DNA of 55,900 bases, filler included, from Sphacelaria rigidula (lineage: Eukaryota): the NCBI GenBank assembly GCA_964200075.2. It is 6 parts of 6 records of this genome, joined end to end, with 100 filler letters (N's around TTAATTAATTAA, not from the genome) between each part and the next. Parts side by side here need not be neighbours in the genome. Positions count along the whole stretch, not along the records: positions 18,669 to 27,902 come from CAXNAA020008971.1; positions 28,003 to 37,235 come from CAXNAA020008972.1; 4 more parts are not named here. One strand, written 5' to 3'. The translations under genes were made by a program, and so were the position numbers. This document shows, piece after piece, positions 24,215-37,335 of the stretch (position 1 is the first letter of the stretch; each line of letters opens with the position of its first letter). The notes beneath the pieces were generated by a model. The model worked only from the letters and a program-made list of their open reading frames with translations, searched no databases and was not told where the DNA came from.

Positions 24215-25305
24215 CAATGTGACACGACACAATGTCGACTTTTTCTTTGCTACATGTTTCCATTCTAAAACCCTTACGTGATGCCCATGTTCGAGACTGA
24301 CAGAGTGAGTTCCGGCTGCCGATGTCTGCAACAACAGTGATCGGTCGCGCGTATATCTACATGTTGCCATCGTACTGAACTGCGAGACAACACAAGGACA
24401 GGTTGCAAAAGGAAATGTTGTGGACGTGGTGTGGCCAAAAGGAATACCCGACATTGAGGTAGTGGCGGTTCAAAAGGAAATCTACGTGAAGGTGTACTTG
24501 TTTAGTTGTAAAAAGGAGTATCAGGTCGCGGAGTAAATGCAACATGACACGACACTCCCTCAATTTTTAGACCCTTTCACTTTCAAAAAGTGAATATTTC
24601 TTTGTTCATCTAACGGACAAGAATTCCCATTTCCATCCATCTCTCTTTCCCGGCGCCCTGCAGCCCACTCCTCGTCACTCTTCCATCTACGTCTTAAACA
24701 AATATGGCTCCCCGCAAAACCAACAACGGGAAAGGGAAAGCCAAGTCTACGTCCAAAGAAACAGTGTCCGTCGGCCAGCTGGCCCTGCTGACGACCAAGC
24801 AAAAGCCTTTCTCGCTGCGCGATCCGACCATGACAAAGATGCCCTAATGTCCCTCGATGGCGAGGCATTCAAGACCGTCATACAAGACATGATGATCGAC
24901 CCGCGCGTATATCTACACCTGGTATCATGCTCCAAATCCAAGTCTTGAGTGAAAACGCCCAGCGTTTCGTGCCCTCTCGCAGGCGGGCGCAATACAAGGA
25001 CAGTGATGTGCCGCGCGTATATTCACATGTCGCAATCATACTGAAGTGCGACAATGACACGACACCATCTCGGCTCGTTTTCGGCTACATCTTTCCACTT
25101 CGAAACCCCTACTTGGTGTCCATGCACAAGAATGACAGAGTGAGTTCCGGCTGCCGATGTCTGCAACGACAGTGATCAGCCGCGCGTATATTTACATGTC
25201 GCCGTCATACTGAACTGCGACAAAACACAGGGAGAGGTTGCAAAGGTAAATTTTGTGGACGTGGTGTGGCCACAAGAAATATCCAACATTGAGGTAGTGG
25301 TAATT
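24215..25305 (+). repeat. Diverged direct duplication (24215-24470 vs 25050-25305)
   Basis: TGACAGAGTGAGTTCCGGCTGCCGATGTCTGCAAC at 24298 and 25133. Confidence 0.8.
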
Positions 25306-25724
25306 CCAACAGGTTTTACCGCCGCAATTCAAGACCGCAACGTAACAAACACCGGAAAAAAATTAAAATTGGAAGCGCCTTGGACACGGGGCAATCTATT
25401 CAATCGGCACCACCTACACTTTGAAAAACAAGTTAAAACAATGGCGATTTAAAAGATCGTTCACCCTGGCAAAATGGGAGGGCTAAATCGGCGTTTGCGC
25501 CAAAACAGGGGCTGGGCATGCTGGACGTATCCTCGGGACGATAAGCCCCTGGAAAAGATCCGGATATGATAGTTCATAGTTATCGTGATTGATCGTGCAT
25601 GCCTGTCCCAACCTGCTCTTAGATGTAGGTCATTTACACTTCACGAAAAAAAAACGCCTGCTGGTAGATGTGCATTTTAACGAGTTCCACCGCATTATCG
25701 GTACTGTAATCGGTCGTGCGAAAC

Positions 25725-26123
25725 TGACGCCGCGATAGCCCCCCCTCCTAGAAAAGTGGCTGGTGTGAGGAGGCAAAACTGTACATTTGATTGATTCGAT
25801 TGATTGTCGCACTTTAACTCACCATCCATGGGTCCAGCTGTGGTCGCATGATAGACGTACCCAAGAAAAGCAAAACTGAAGAACATCGAACAGAACGACA
25901 TAGTAGATCAAGACGAGAAAAAAAAAACGCGCGCATGGAAAATGACAACAGCCGAGCACGCCGAGAAACAGCTGGAAACTCCCACGCTTGGGATCATGTT
26001 CGCCCAATGCCACCCAAATGAAGCGATTGATGTAGTATAAAACTAGCTCATCACACGATGTATGGCCGTTTCTTTTTTGACCGGGTCGGAGCTGGTTTGT
26101 AGGGGGGCTATCGCGGCATCACT
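25725..26123. mobile_element. MITE related to the 22553 family
   Basis: GCCGCGATAGCCCCCC ... GGGGGGCTATCGCGGCATCACTC, with shared internal CAGCTGGAAACTCCCACGCTTGG. Confidence 0.7.
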
Positions 26124-26181
26124 CCACAATGGTTCCGAATCTAACCTAATTCGAATGTAATTTTGCAAGGTTGTGTTCGGC

Positions 26182-26518
26182 AGGGCACGAGTACGCTCCA
26201 TAGGGTATGAAATTTTCGTACAGGGCTTCCAGAAATGCCGGGTACCCGTATGGAGGAAGTCTTGCAGAACGTACAGAACCTGTCGGATTCGGTATGGAGG
26301 TTGAACAGAAACCCCTACTCGATGCCGGGTACTTCTGCTAGGGCACACCCGGACCCCGGGCGGAGGTGCACATTTCGTACAGATCGTACAGAACTGTCGG
26401 TTACAGGTGTAAGAGGTTTCAAGATCTCATAGAACTCGTCGGGTACGGTTAATACCCAGGGATATGCCTCGAGTATACAAAAAAGTCGTACCCTACGGAA
26501 CATAGCGTGGTATGCTCT
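26182..26518. mobile_element. Non-autonomous TIR element rich in GTACAGAA/CGGGTA motifs
   Basis: Imperfect TIR: TCCATAGGGTATGA vs TCGTACCCTACGGA. Confidence 0.55.
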
Positions 26519-27902
26519 TGAGTAACCTCCCCCCACATTGCTGATGCTACAATCGCTTTCAAGTACGAGTATAACACTTACAAAACCTTCCCTCAGACGT
26601 GCTCCACCACACAACAGTTGACTGCAGGCTGGTTCACCGTTTTGATCCAAAATGAACTCAACAGACACACTTCGCGTTACCTACGCAATGAGCGCATACA
26701 CGGAATCATACTTACCGTCGTGGACAACGGAAAAGGGTGACACAAGCTGGAGTTTTGTTCAAGGCCATAGCGGTGATGTTGATTGAGGGCGAAAAAGCAC
26801 CTCGACCAACCCGCGTTCTTCCAATTATCTTGAAATCAGCATTCAAAACGCGAATTCCCCACCCAACTTCCACCGAATTCCCAGATGCTTCAAATCGTAG
26901 TAACCACCATCAGCTCGGGAATCTAATGAGAAAAAAAAGGAGGCTGGTTCCTATGGAATCGAATCATATCCCGAACCATGGGAGGTTGGTGATGCGGGGT
27001 TTGGGTGTCGTCGGATCCACTGATTATACGCACACAGACCCGCAAAGGCCGATGATGGCTTCCCTCTATTGATTAATTGGCTGTTGCACTTCAATCGCTC
27101 TGTGGATAAAAATATCCGACCGTCCTCAATCTTAGCAGTTCGGCCTGCATTTATGCTCCAAACATATTTGAAAAATAGGTGAAACTATTTCAAACTTGCT
27201 CCACTTTTTACCGGCTCCCGGGGGTCTTCCCGGCGGGACCCCCACGAGCCAGTGATCAATGCCTCAAAAGTTGAACATAAAAAAAAAATGCACGCGTACT
27301 GGGGTACTTCACAACGAACGTTTGCACCACAATCTTGTTGCGTAACTATGAAAAGCTGATGCAGTGGGATTTTTTAAACGCTAAACCTAGCCGAAAAGAG
27401 AAGTATCTAGGGCAAGTTGTTGGGATTTTGTACCTTTTCAAGCTCATTCCATCCCACACAGGCGCAAATGCTCACGCGGATTCTTGGAGTGAAGACTCTG
27501 AAAAATTGCACACATATACGATGGGGCAATACGAAACTTCCGGTCCACGGTGTTTTTCGATCTTTGTTTTCATTTCACCGCGTTATCCAGGGTTCCACAA
27601 GGGCATGCGAAGGGCTTGTGACTCCCCAGCACCCTGCGACCCCGATAGCTGGCGAAGAAAAAAAAACGTCAAATACCGTTCTTCGAAAGTTCCCCCATGT
27701 CCTACAATTCATGTGTGCACTTTTTCAGAGTTTACCTCCAAGAAATCGGCGTGAGCATTCGCGGATGAACGAATTTTGGTACAAAAGACACATTGATTCG
27801 AAATCTGCTCCTATTTTGATGTTTTTTTTCGGGCAATATACAAAAAAGGGTAGACCCTTATGTTTTTGGAGCAAAAAAGGGTGGCGCATTTTTCGCTTTG
27901 GG

Positions 27903-28002
27903 NNNNNNNNNNNNNNNNNNNNNNNNNNNNNNNNNNNNNNNNNNNNTTAATTAATTAANNNNNNNNNNNNNNNNNNNNNNNNNNNNNNNNNNNNNNNNNN
28001 NN
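27903..28002. other. Artificial contig linker
   Basis: N44-TTAATTAATTAA-N44. Confidence 0.99.
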
Positions 28003-30455
28003 CACAGGAAACCCCCGAATGTCTCCGTACTGTCAACCTGTTCCGAGGCGAGGCTCGCTGTCCAAGGGGTCCGGGTTTGAACCCGTGAATGTTGCGTTTC
28101 ACAAGGAACCTCCATGGTGCCTTCAACACAGCCCTTCAATGAAGAGCAGCATCTCACGCACGTGCTCAACCATGTGGCACGGATAAACGACAGCCCGCAA
28201 ACAATGAAGCCAGCGCGCTCGTAGGCAGTATCACACCCTACGGACACCACTACCGAGATGGGCACACGGTGTATCCAACTTGCCAACTTGCCCCAAGACG
28301 CGCAAGGAACGGCAGTACTGCGTTCGGTATGAAGATCCAACACATGTCACCTGGTGCATCTGGAATCATCTTGTCCTACTCTTATGCCGAAAACTGAACA
28401 ACGACAACAACGAAAACACCCCCGAACCCCACCGCACCCACACAAGGAAGTTACATTTGTTTTTTACCCCGCTCTTACTTCCCTTTTTCCTGTTTGAAAT
28501 CCATGCACACTGACGGGAAAAATAGACCCAACCTCCGTCCCATGACTACTAACTGAACGACTGAACAAACGATGGATCTGAAGGATGCGAAGACTAGGCT
28601 ATGCTTGCTCCTATTTGACAGCCTTTTAAGCAAATGACTAAAACTGAAATGCACTAGTGAGTGCTGTATGCGCCACCTCCTAGGCCTGGTCTTCGTTCCT
28701 CGAGCAAAATTGTCACTTCAACAGGAGATGAAGCATCCCGGTCGAAGGGTTTATCGATTTTGATCCGTTTGTGCGGGAGTATTATTCCTTGGCGGAGGAT
28801 GTGGGCCACCAGTCTGTTTGCTCGTCAGTAATAGAAATCCATCACACTGGCTGCGAATATGCTGATGATAGTCGGTGCACGGTCATGTGTGTCACAACCA
28901 TTTTTCGTCACGGAGGCACCGAAAAATGTAAATGTCACTGGGCTGCGCCGTCAAATCACAGGGGAAACGCACTCGTCATGGCTATGATCCTTTTTTGATG
29001 GAAAGTTCCAACAATTGAGGAAATTGGCGGCGACGTTTTCGCTACGGGCAAGAGTACCTTCACCTATTATAAGCCTGACCGAAAGTTGACCCCACAAGAA
29101 AACGAGTTTCCGATACTCTCAGCTAAAAAAAAAAAAAGGGGGGGAAGGGGGTTGGGCGCTTCATAGCACAGACTCGTCCTGAGGAAGGGGATCGAGGGCT
29201 GTCACCTTGACGCCACCGACTCTTTCCGAGGGAAAAAATGGAAGGAATATACTCTGTGACAAATAAAAAACACACACTGCGCAAGCGTACAGTGCGGACA
29301 ACGAGCATGCGCATCGAAACCGGGTGGGACGAACTAATGATCGGTTTGGGAATTACTTGATTTCAGTGTAGCCGTACGAAGGGTTGGGCCTTGAAGGTTA
29401 GGGTCCTTAGGTTTTGTTTTCAGCTTTGCAAACCAGGTACGCGCAGCACAGACGCGTGGAATGGCGCGAAAATTGCGTGGAGACCCTTTTCACCAGCGTT
29501 CAGCTTTTTCTTCTTTTTCCGAGCAATCAGGCCTGCAAAATTGTTGATTTGGTGATTCGGACCGGCGATGATTCGTCCGAACCCTGCTACGTTAGTGCGC
29601 GCTTCCTCCGATTGCGCTCGTCAAATTTTTGGGGAACAAGGATAGCCAGCACGTTCTTTCATTTAGTAGGAGGGAGGTATACATGAGATATGATCCAAAA
29701 CGAAAGACAAGAACAGCTGTGTCGTGTACGAATCTGACAGAGCAACGGTTTAGTATGGGTGGTGAGCGAACGCTCCTTTCCATGCGGTCGAATTGCGCCA
29801 GGATACGCTTCTCTCGTTGATACTTACTCGATACTTCGATACACTTCTTTCATGTGTGACTAAACGAGTCGGAGAGAACTGATATTGTGGACTATGAGAT
29901 ACTCCTGGCTCCTCGACAACCTGTGTTCCAACAGAGACACCATCTTCCCCGTTCACATTTGTTGTCTAGAGGATTTTGAAATGGCGTTCTTGGGTCTGCC
30001 AGCGTAATGGAGATCAATGGTATGTGCACGTACAGCAGACAAGTCGTCCGCGGCACCATCTGAGTCTTTGGGTCAAAAACAGGACGCAAACGTATACACG
30101 CAAGCACGGGAAATACGAGCTGGGCCGGTCAAAGCTCTGTGGCAACAGTCCACAGGCTACGCGCGGCTCAAGTTTTCGAGTCTCGGGGTGATATTTTGAC
30201 ACCAGAGGAACAAGACTTCGGCCCACCGCGTCACTTCATCGGCTTCCTATTCTTCCTTTCCAACACTAACTCTGGACGATCCAAATTCCTTGAAGTGAGC
30301 GAGAAAATCTCTCTCTCTCTCTTCCTTTTTCTATATATATGAGCGGAGAGTAGGGTAGGGTAGGCCTGAGTGCGACTTCTCTGTCGTCAATATTTCACCC
30401 CGAGATTCGAAAAATTGAGGCACGCATCGTTCGAGTGTTTTAGCACGAATGAAGT

Positions 30456-30660
30456 GCCCCGGTGGTACAATGGTAAGACTACCATCGTGAGGGTTAAGAG
30501 AATGCGGGTTCGATTCCCACGAGACGCACTTTATTTATTTCCAGAAATATGATTACACCGTCGAAAGGTTGAGGACATCAGGAAAAGATGGGTCAATCCC
30601 TCAAGACAACGGACTCGTCTTTAGGAAGGGAAGGGGTGTATTGTGACAAAAACAAAAGAA
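30456..30660 (+). mobile_element. tRNA-derived SINE-like element (second family)
   Basis: A-box TGGTACAATGG and B-box GGTTCGATTCC, with a broken acceptor stem. Downstream GGACTCGTC..AGGAAGGG block recurs near 12620, 29170 and 32325. Confidence 0.6.
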
Positions 30661-33600
30661 CAGTCGTGTACCGATGAAGTGAGAGAAGAAATATCGTGTG
30701 CAGAGAGTGTACCACATAAAGTACAGCACGTGCTCGAAAATTTGGCAGGAAGGAAGTGCCGGCGATTGTGCCACGTATGGCAGCTATGATGGCAACTCTG
30801 CCGAGCAAAACACGAAAAGAACACACGCTTAAATCCCTCATCAACTTGGTTGAGTATACGACAGCGATAGCACTTTTTATCGCGAGTTTCTCGACACGGG
30901 AAGCAAGCCGGCCTGCGGCACTGCACAGCCCCCCGCATACACACAACAGCTAGGTAGATCAAGCCGTTACCTCTTTGCTCAATTCGGTACAGCGGACCCG
31001 AAGAGCCCAAAAAAAACAAAAACAAAAAATTCGCGTACATTCTAGTCTGGTGCGGCTTAGCATCACGCGCGAACGCAATCGCGTAACGACGCAACGTAGA
31101 ATGATTGTGTGGAAAGCGCACGCAACAAAACGCAGTTCAATTCTCCGCTTCGTTGCCGAGATTTATTATTATGAATATAATATCCGCACATGAGAAAGAA
31201 CCACGTTGAAATATTGGCACAACATATTGCAACAAGAGGGGCCCAACATCAACACGAGCAGCAGCGTTTAGTGCACAAAAACGGCCTCCATTTATACGCA
31301 TGGGTGAGGGTTGGGGTTAAAGTATGTCTTGGGGCAACACGTTTCCCGTTTTATCAACACCATGAAGTAAACTAACAGTAGTCGAACCACACGCGTGGCC
31401 ATATACCGATGAAATGGATACGTACACTTTGCTAAGTGCCACGGTTCTCGAGATATGTGTGGTGAATGGAATTCCACTTTCGAGGCCGGCCTAGCTCGTA
31501 CCCACTCTGTCTGACAAAAAGTAGCGAGTGAAAAATCTGCCCAAGAGTGATCACGCGCGTGCCAGAGAGAGGTATATATCTTCACGTGGGAGTACACCAC
31601 GGAAGAATATCTGATTGATTCTGATGAAATAATACTTCAGCAACTGCCCCTGTCATTTTCAGACCGTCGTGGTAATGCCCACGCAAAGCCTGGCACTGTG
31701 GGGGGGAAAGACGTTGCCCCCTACCCGAGCAGGTCCGCAGTGGTCCTTGACAAAAGACACTCATCTCCTTGCCTGTGTTGTGCGGCCGCGTCTTGCTCGT
31801 CGCGGCGTATTAAACTCAGCGGCATCTGCCTCTATCGTGTGGAGAACCTCAACTACGGCCTTGATGCCAGCCTCGACCAACAGGGGGGCGACGTAAACAA
31901 CAAGGATGGCAAGATCTAACTCCTGCCTCGCCACGGATTTCGTATCGTCTACCCTCTAAATTTGACATCAGAAAGTGTTAATGTTTTCGGAATCACTGCA
32001 GCATCGTCCATAATCATCATTTGAGCCACGCAGCGCATAAAACGTCTTGGGTCGCTGAAACTGTTGCGTCAACAGTCACCTGCGGCTTCAGTCCACACAT
32101 ATGTCGAGTGTCAGTATCATCTGACGCATGGTGTACTGTGTTGGGGTGCCTAATCTCCAAAAACTCCAAAAACACCGCCTCCGTATTATTGGAAGATATA
32201 AGCCTGACTGGTGGGAACCGGGAAATAATCTCCTTTGTAAGATTTTTATTTTATTCGTGCGGACAATCAAGCACTAAATCCACGTATCAACGGGTACCGG
32301 GGAAGACATGGGTTGGTCCCTTGAGACCACGGGCTTGTCTCGAGAAAGGGGAGATGTTCAAAGTGCGACACGTGAATAGATGAATGAATGGAATGACGTT
32401 TGCTGATATTGCGTCTCGACCCTCTGGCTGCCGGGGCGGGACACCGAATCGGTATCATTTCCCACCGAAAATATGTGTCACCGAATGGTCAACACGTGCC
32501 AGCAAGTGTGGGTCACGTGGGTCTTTAATTCTCTTATTAAGTCAACACGATGCCGACTCAACACATGCCCTTACCTCGCCGTGGGAGGGGAAGCTTATCC
32601 ACTCGTCCAGGGTGATCGAAAACGCCCGTCCCTTGCAGACGACTACAAGTATGTTGATGACATGTAACATGTATGCTATGTGCCACTACTCATGTTCATC
32701 ACAATGCACCACAGTCGTGCCGCACGAACTAGGGTGAAAATAAACCGAAAAGTCGTGTCTGACAAACCGCAGTTGCGGAATGTGCACCAAAATGCAGGGG
32801 TCTGTAAAAAAAAATGGCCGGGGAACCGTGCATTTGATTCATGCCGCACAAACTCCAGGGAAAAAAAAAACTGTCTGGTCAGTGGTTGTGGGCAGAAGGT
32901 AGGATGCAAATGTTTGACGAAAGACGGGCAGTTTGTCATCATGTTTTCAACAATGTGTCGCTCGAATCACGAACATGTCAACGTAAAAAACAAACTCGTA
33001 TACGAATCAACAGTTGAAATGAAGATGGGAATCATGACCTTCTTCGTCTCACCATTGAACAGGTATCAGAAGCTCCTTCGGGAATTACCGCATCGACAGT
33101 TTTTGGCGCGCCGGACCCCTCGAAAAAAGCTCCAAGAGTGCCACCGACCAAAAGCACGCAACAAACCGCATTCCAATCCTCCGCTCCACTGCCGAGATGA
33201 CCGCATTGGAATATTGGCACAACATAAAGCAACAAGAGTACCCAAAACCGGCCTCCATTCGTACACATGACGGGATATTTTGGGACACCACTTTCCCCCC
33301 TATATCAGCACCATCGAGTATACTAAGCGCTGTCCAACCACACGCGTGGCCATCCACCGATCAAAGGGATACGTTCTCGAGATATGTTTTGTGAAAGGAA
33401 TTTCAGTTTCGAGGCCGGCCTAGCTCGTATCTACACTCTCCGACAAAAGGTAGCCACGTGGGATCGTAAAAACCAACAACACAACAAAGTATTGGGTGGC
33501 AGTCGCAGATGAAGACGACGCGGCCTGTACTTCCTTTTGAACCGTCCAACGCCAATACCCGAGTCTGCTCATTTTCGGAACCGCACAACTCCAACGTCTC

Positions 33601-34840
33601 GTAGCCGGAAATATGTATATATGATCGGTGGACACCAGGTGAACCACGAAACCAATGTCGAACGTGTGAAGGTATGGTGTGCCACAGTAGAACAGGAAGC
33701 ATGTACGAGACGAACATACCTCTTCATTCCTCGTGCATAGGACTCTCCTTCGTGATCGGCACGCTTCCCTACATGACGGGATCGTTACACACTTTGAAGG
33801 CGATTGTAGTATATATGCTGTTGCCACGCACATGGGAAAAAAAAACACCAACCCTCGGGTGAAGCGCTGCTTTTTCATTTTGTCCTACCGGGACCGACCG
33901 TTACGAAGACGGCCATGTGAGGGTGTGCTCTGAGAGTATGATTGTTGTCGAGCAGCGAAAACGGGTGAACTAGCCTGTTTCCAGCTTTCAGCATCGCTAT
34001 TTATATTGGGAATAACGATGAAATTGCACCGTCCTGTCCTGTGTACATTTTTTCACCCGTCTCCAGTGTTCTCGTCCAACACGGTTATGAAACGTGGAGA
34101 AACGGTATACCTAACGACAACGCCGAAAAGGTGCTCGGTTTGATTCGTCTGCACTGACGAGGACAGAAAGTCTGCAATAAAAAACCGAGCTTTTTCAGAG
34201 ACACACCCACTTGCCCACCGTCTCGGCCTACGTTCATGCAGAACTCGTAAGTAGATGTGACCGAATGACAGACCTTAGCGGTCAAATGGTCAACGCGTGA
34301 CAGCAAGTGTGGGTCACCTGGGTCTTTTTTCTTATCATCAAAGTCAACACGATGCCGACTCACCACATGCCCTACCTTGACCGTGAAAGGGTAAGCTTAT
34401 CTACTTGTCTAGAACGGTCGAGCACGCCCATCCCTTGCAGACAACTATAATATAAATATATTTGAAACATATGACACGAGTATCGTTTACCACAAGCCAT
34501 GTTTGTCACGATAAATGAACTCAAAAGTCGTGTCGGATGCACCGCAGGAGCGGAATATGCGCAAAACGTAGAGTTGTGACGAAAGAAACGGCCGGGGAAC
34601 CGTACAATTGATTGAAGCCGCACGAACTAAAACGGAGGGAGAAAAGGTGTTGTACAGAAGGTGGGGAGCATGTCGACATGTTTTCAACGCAGGGTGTCGC
34701 TCGCATCACGAGCATGTAGCCTGTAACAACCAAATTCGTGTACGAATCAAGAGTCAAATAGAGGATGGGGATCATGACCTCTTTCGTCCGACCAGTGTAC
34801 AGGTATCAGAAGCTCCTTACAAAATGACCGCATCGACAGT
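30660..34840. repeat. Degenerate tandem macro-repeat, period ~1.8-1.9 kb
   Basis: CGAGGCCGGCCTAGCTCGTA at 31481 and 33410; AATGGTCAAC..CAGCAAGTGTGGGTCAC at 32484 and 34285. Confidence 0.8.
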
Positions 34841-35044
34841 AGCGCCTGAATTCGAACCCTCATTCCTCCTTTCTAACTGCCCAGTGGTCACGTATCGCTT
34901 CCGACCTCCCAAAATGCAAAAAATACTAAAATAAAATTGAGGGCACATAGATACCGAATAGCTTTTTTGGAGCCACACATCCACCGCCCCCGAAAACCTC
35001 TTGGAACCGAAAGACTTGAAAACGTAGCGACCAGCCACCAGCCA

Positions 35045-35375
35045 GTCGCCCTGGTGGTTCAGTTGGTAACCTCGTTCTGGGATTCTTCCTCACACATGCC
35101 CAACAGTGGAGAGCGACGACGTCGTGGGTAGACAAACACCACTCGACGGGTGACGATGGAAAGGGACTGCTGAACCAACCTCGCGACAAAAAATGAAGGC
35201 AAGCACCGTAGAAGGAAGGTGGAGAACAACTATGAAACAAATAAAACAGGGAAAAAAATCTGTGTTGGCCTTCCTCCTGTGTGACCCCGGCTGGTGCGTC
35301 CACATATACCGAAAGGTGAAGACTGACGTCCGGAATGAATGGGATAACACAGAAAAACACACAACCAACGACCAA
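35045..35375 (+). mobile_element. tRNA-derived SINE with the B-box region deleted
   Basis: GGTGGTTCAGTTGGTAACCTCG is joined directly to the SINE body. Confidence 0.75.
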
Positions 35376-35563
35376 TGAACAAAAAGCCAGTTTGTTCATT
35401 GAAATATCATTTGATAGACATCCCCTCGGTCTCTTCTCTGGGTCGTTATGGGGAGCAGGTCGTATCACCTTAACGCTGGCATTTGGGATGCTATAGGTGG
35501 TGTCATTTCAAAGATACACCCATACACAGAAAATGTTTCCCACCGAAGTTCGGGGTGAAAAAT

Positions 35564-36109
35564 CACACGTCCGATAGATCATGATATGTCTGCAACAGCT
35601 CATCAAGATTACTCTCGATCGCTCGCCGCGGTGGCTCAGTTGGTAACCTCGGAACTCCCCGACGGTGGGGTCGTGAGTTCAAATCTCGGAGCGATCTGAG
35701 ATTCTTCCTCACACCATGCCCAACAGTGGAGAGCGACAATGTCGTGGGTGAACAATATTCGACTTCACGGTCAACGAGGGAAAGGGACTGCTGAACCCCT
35801 TTCGCGGGAAAAAAAGGCAAGCACCGCAGAAGGAAGGTAGGGTGACAAGAAGAAAAAGAAAAAGAAACGCTCCTGGGTCGACCTTCCTTCTGTGTGATTC
35901 CGGGTGGTACGCCCACATTTACCGAAAGGTGTAGACCGGCGTCCAGAATAGATGGGACGACACACACACACTCACACACACTCGAGTCAGCTGGTCCAAA
36001 AACACAAATATGTGACCGCGAAGTCAGGTAGCCAAAGGATCCGAATCATGATTCGAATCAGTTTACTGATGAGCAAATTTCAGACGGGTCATGATCTGCC
36101 CGACGTGTG
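35564..36109. mobile_element. TIR element hosting a nested SINE
   Basis: CACACGTCCGATAGATCATGATATGTCTG vs CAGACGGGTCATGATCTGCCCGACGTGTG (inverted). Confidence 0.6.
35622..35985 (+). mobile_element. Full-length tRNA-derived SINE with (CA)n tail
   Basis: A-box TGGCTCAGTTGG and B-box AGTTCAAATC. Body shared with 7223 and 35045. Confidence 0.8.
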
Positions 36110-36349
36110 TAAAACTTGGACCGGCTTTGCGCATTTGACGTGACGTTTCTTGGATCTGGCTATTTTCCGCCAAGTGCATCAGTGCAAAGCAGCAAGTGAT
36201 TACTCAAACACGCTCCGTCGAGGCATAGGTGACACAGCTTGAAGAATAACAAAGCGGTATCAAGAGCTTCTCCCGCGTTTTTGAATATATTCCGCCGTTT
36301 CTCCGCACTTTTCATTCCCTCGAGTCCATGTCCAAATAGTGGCGGCTAC

Positions 36350-37010
36350 AAGCCCATTTCGGGCTAGGAATGTTCGTCGTCCGTTCGGCTGCCGAAAGGA
36401 ATTCGCAGCCTTGCACGAAAAGCGTAGGATTTCAACCCAAGAAACGCCCCAAGAATGCGGCGAAGAATGGCAGGAGCTTGGACACCGTCAACAGCCCAGA
36501 CTCATGAGACATGTGTGTTGATAAAATATACCTTGCCTCAAACTCAAAGACAGAGCCTCAATTCAACTCCATTTTCATTTTCACCGATTCATTGTTCGCG
36601 GCGAATAGTATCAACTGGGTCATTTTCGCAGGAACACCTTCACGTCGAGAAATGTCTTGAAATCAGAGCAAATAGGACCGGCAAGTCTGTGGCATTATCA
36701 TGTGCAACCGCTACATGGGCGTGAACAGAAAAGTAGTGAGACGTATGATCCATGGATGAAAACTGGGTTTCGAGCAGTCATGTTCGATATCGCCATATTT
36801 TCCCCTCATCCCTTTCGGACTAGGAATGTTCGTCGTCCGTTCGGCTGCCGAAAGGAATTGGCAGCCTTGCACGAAAAGCAAAGGATTTCGACCCAAGAAA
36901 CGCCCCAAGAATGCGGCGAAAAATGGCATGAGCTTGGACACCGTCAACAGCCCAGACTCATGAGACATGTGTGTTGATGAAATATACCTAGCCTCAAACT
37001 CGAAAAATGA
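36350..37010 (+). repeat. ~200-bp direct duplication, offset 456 bp
   Basis: CTAGGAATGTTCGTCGTCCGTTCGGCTGCCGAAAGGAATT at 36364 and 36820. Confidence 0.9.
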
Positions 37011-37235
37011 GCCTTTCACGTTTTCTTGCAAAAATGTCAATCATTGTGTGGTCCCTCCATGCTGTCCGAAAGTGGTTTTGCTTCATTTCAAATATGCTGT
37101 ATTTCATGACCATCACTCCCAGTTTTACTCTCAACCAGTACGTGTCGTGAGACATATTTCATATTTCATCACACATCGTATAGGTGCACTTTTTCTCGGG
37201 GTGGGGGTGGTTGTTCCGAAATTAAAAAGCATAGT

Positions 37236-37335
37236 NNNNNNNNNNNNNNNNNNNNNNNNNNNNNNNNNNNNNNNNNNNNTTAATTAATTAANNNNNNNNN
37301 NNNNNNNNNNNNNNNNNNNNNNNNNNNNNNNNNNN
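37236..37335. other. Artificial contig linker
   Basis: N44-TTAATTAATTAA-N44. Confidence 0.99.

Noticed and set aside
30456-30528. Possible tRNA gene
   Set aside because: The acceptor and anticodon stems do not pair, and it is attached to a dispersed repeat, so it is treated as a SINE head.
31698-31919. GC-rich exon-like block
   Set aside because: Strand and frame are ambiguous, and no family was recognised.
35622-35697. Possible tRNA gene
   Set aside because: It runs into a multi-copy SINE body and has no proper cloverleaf.
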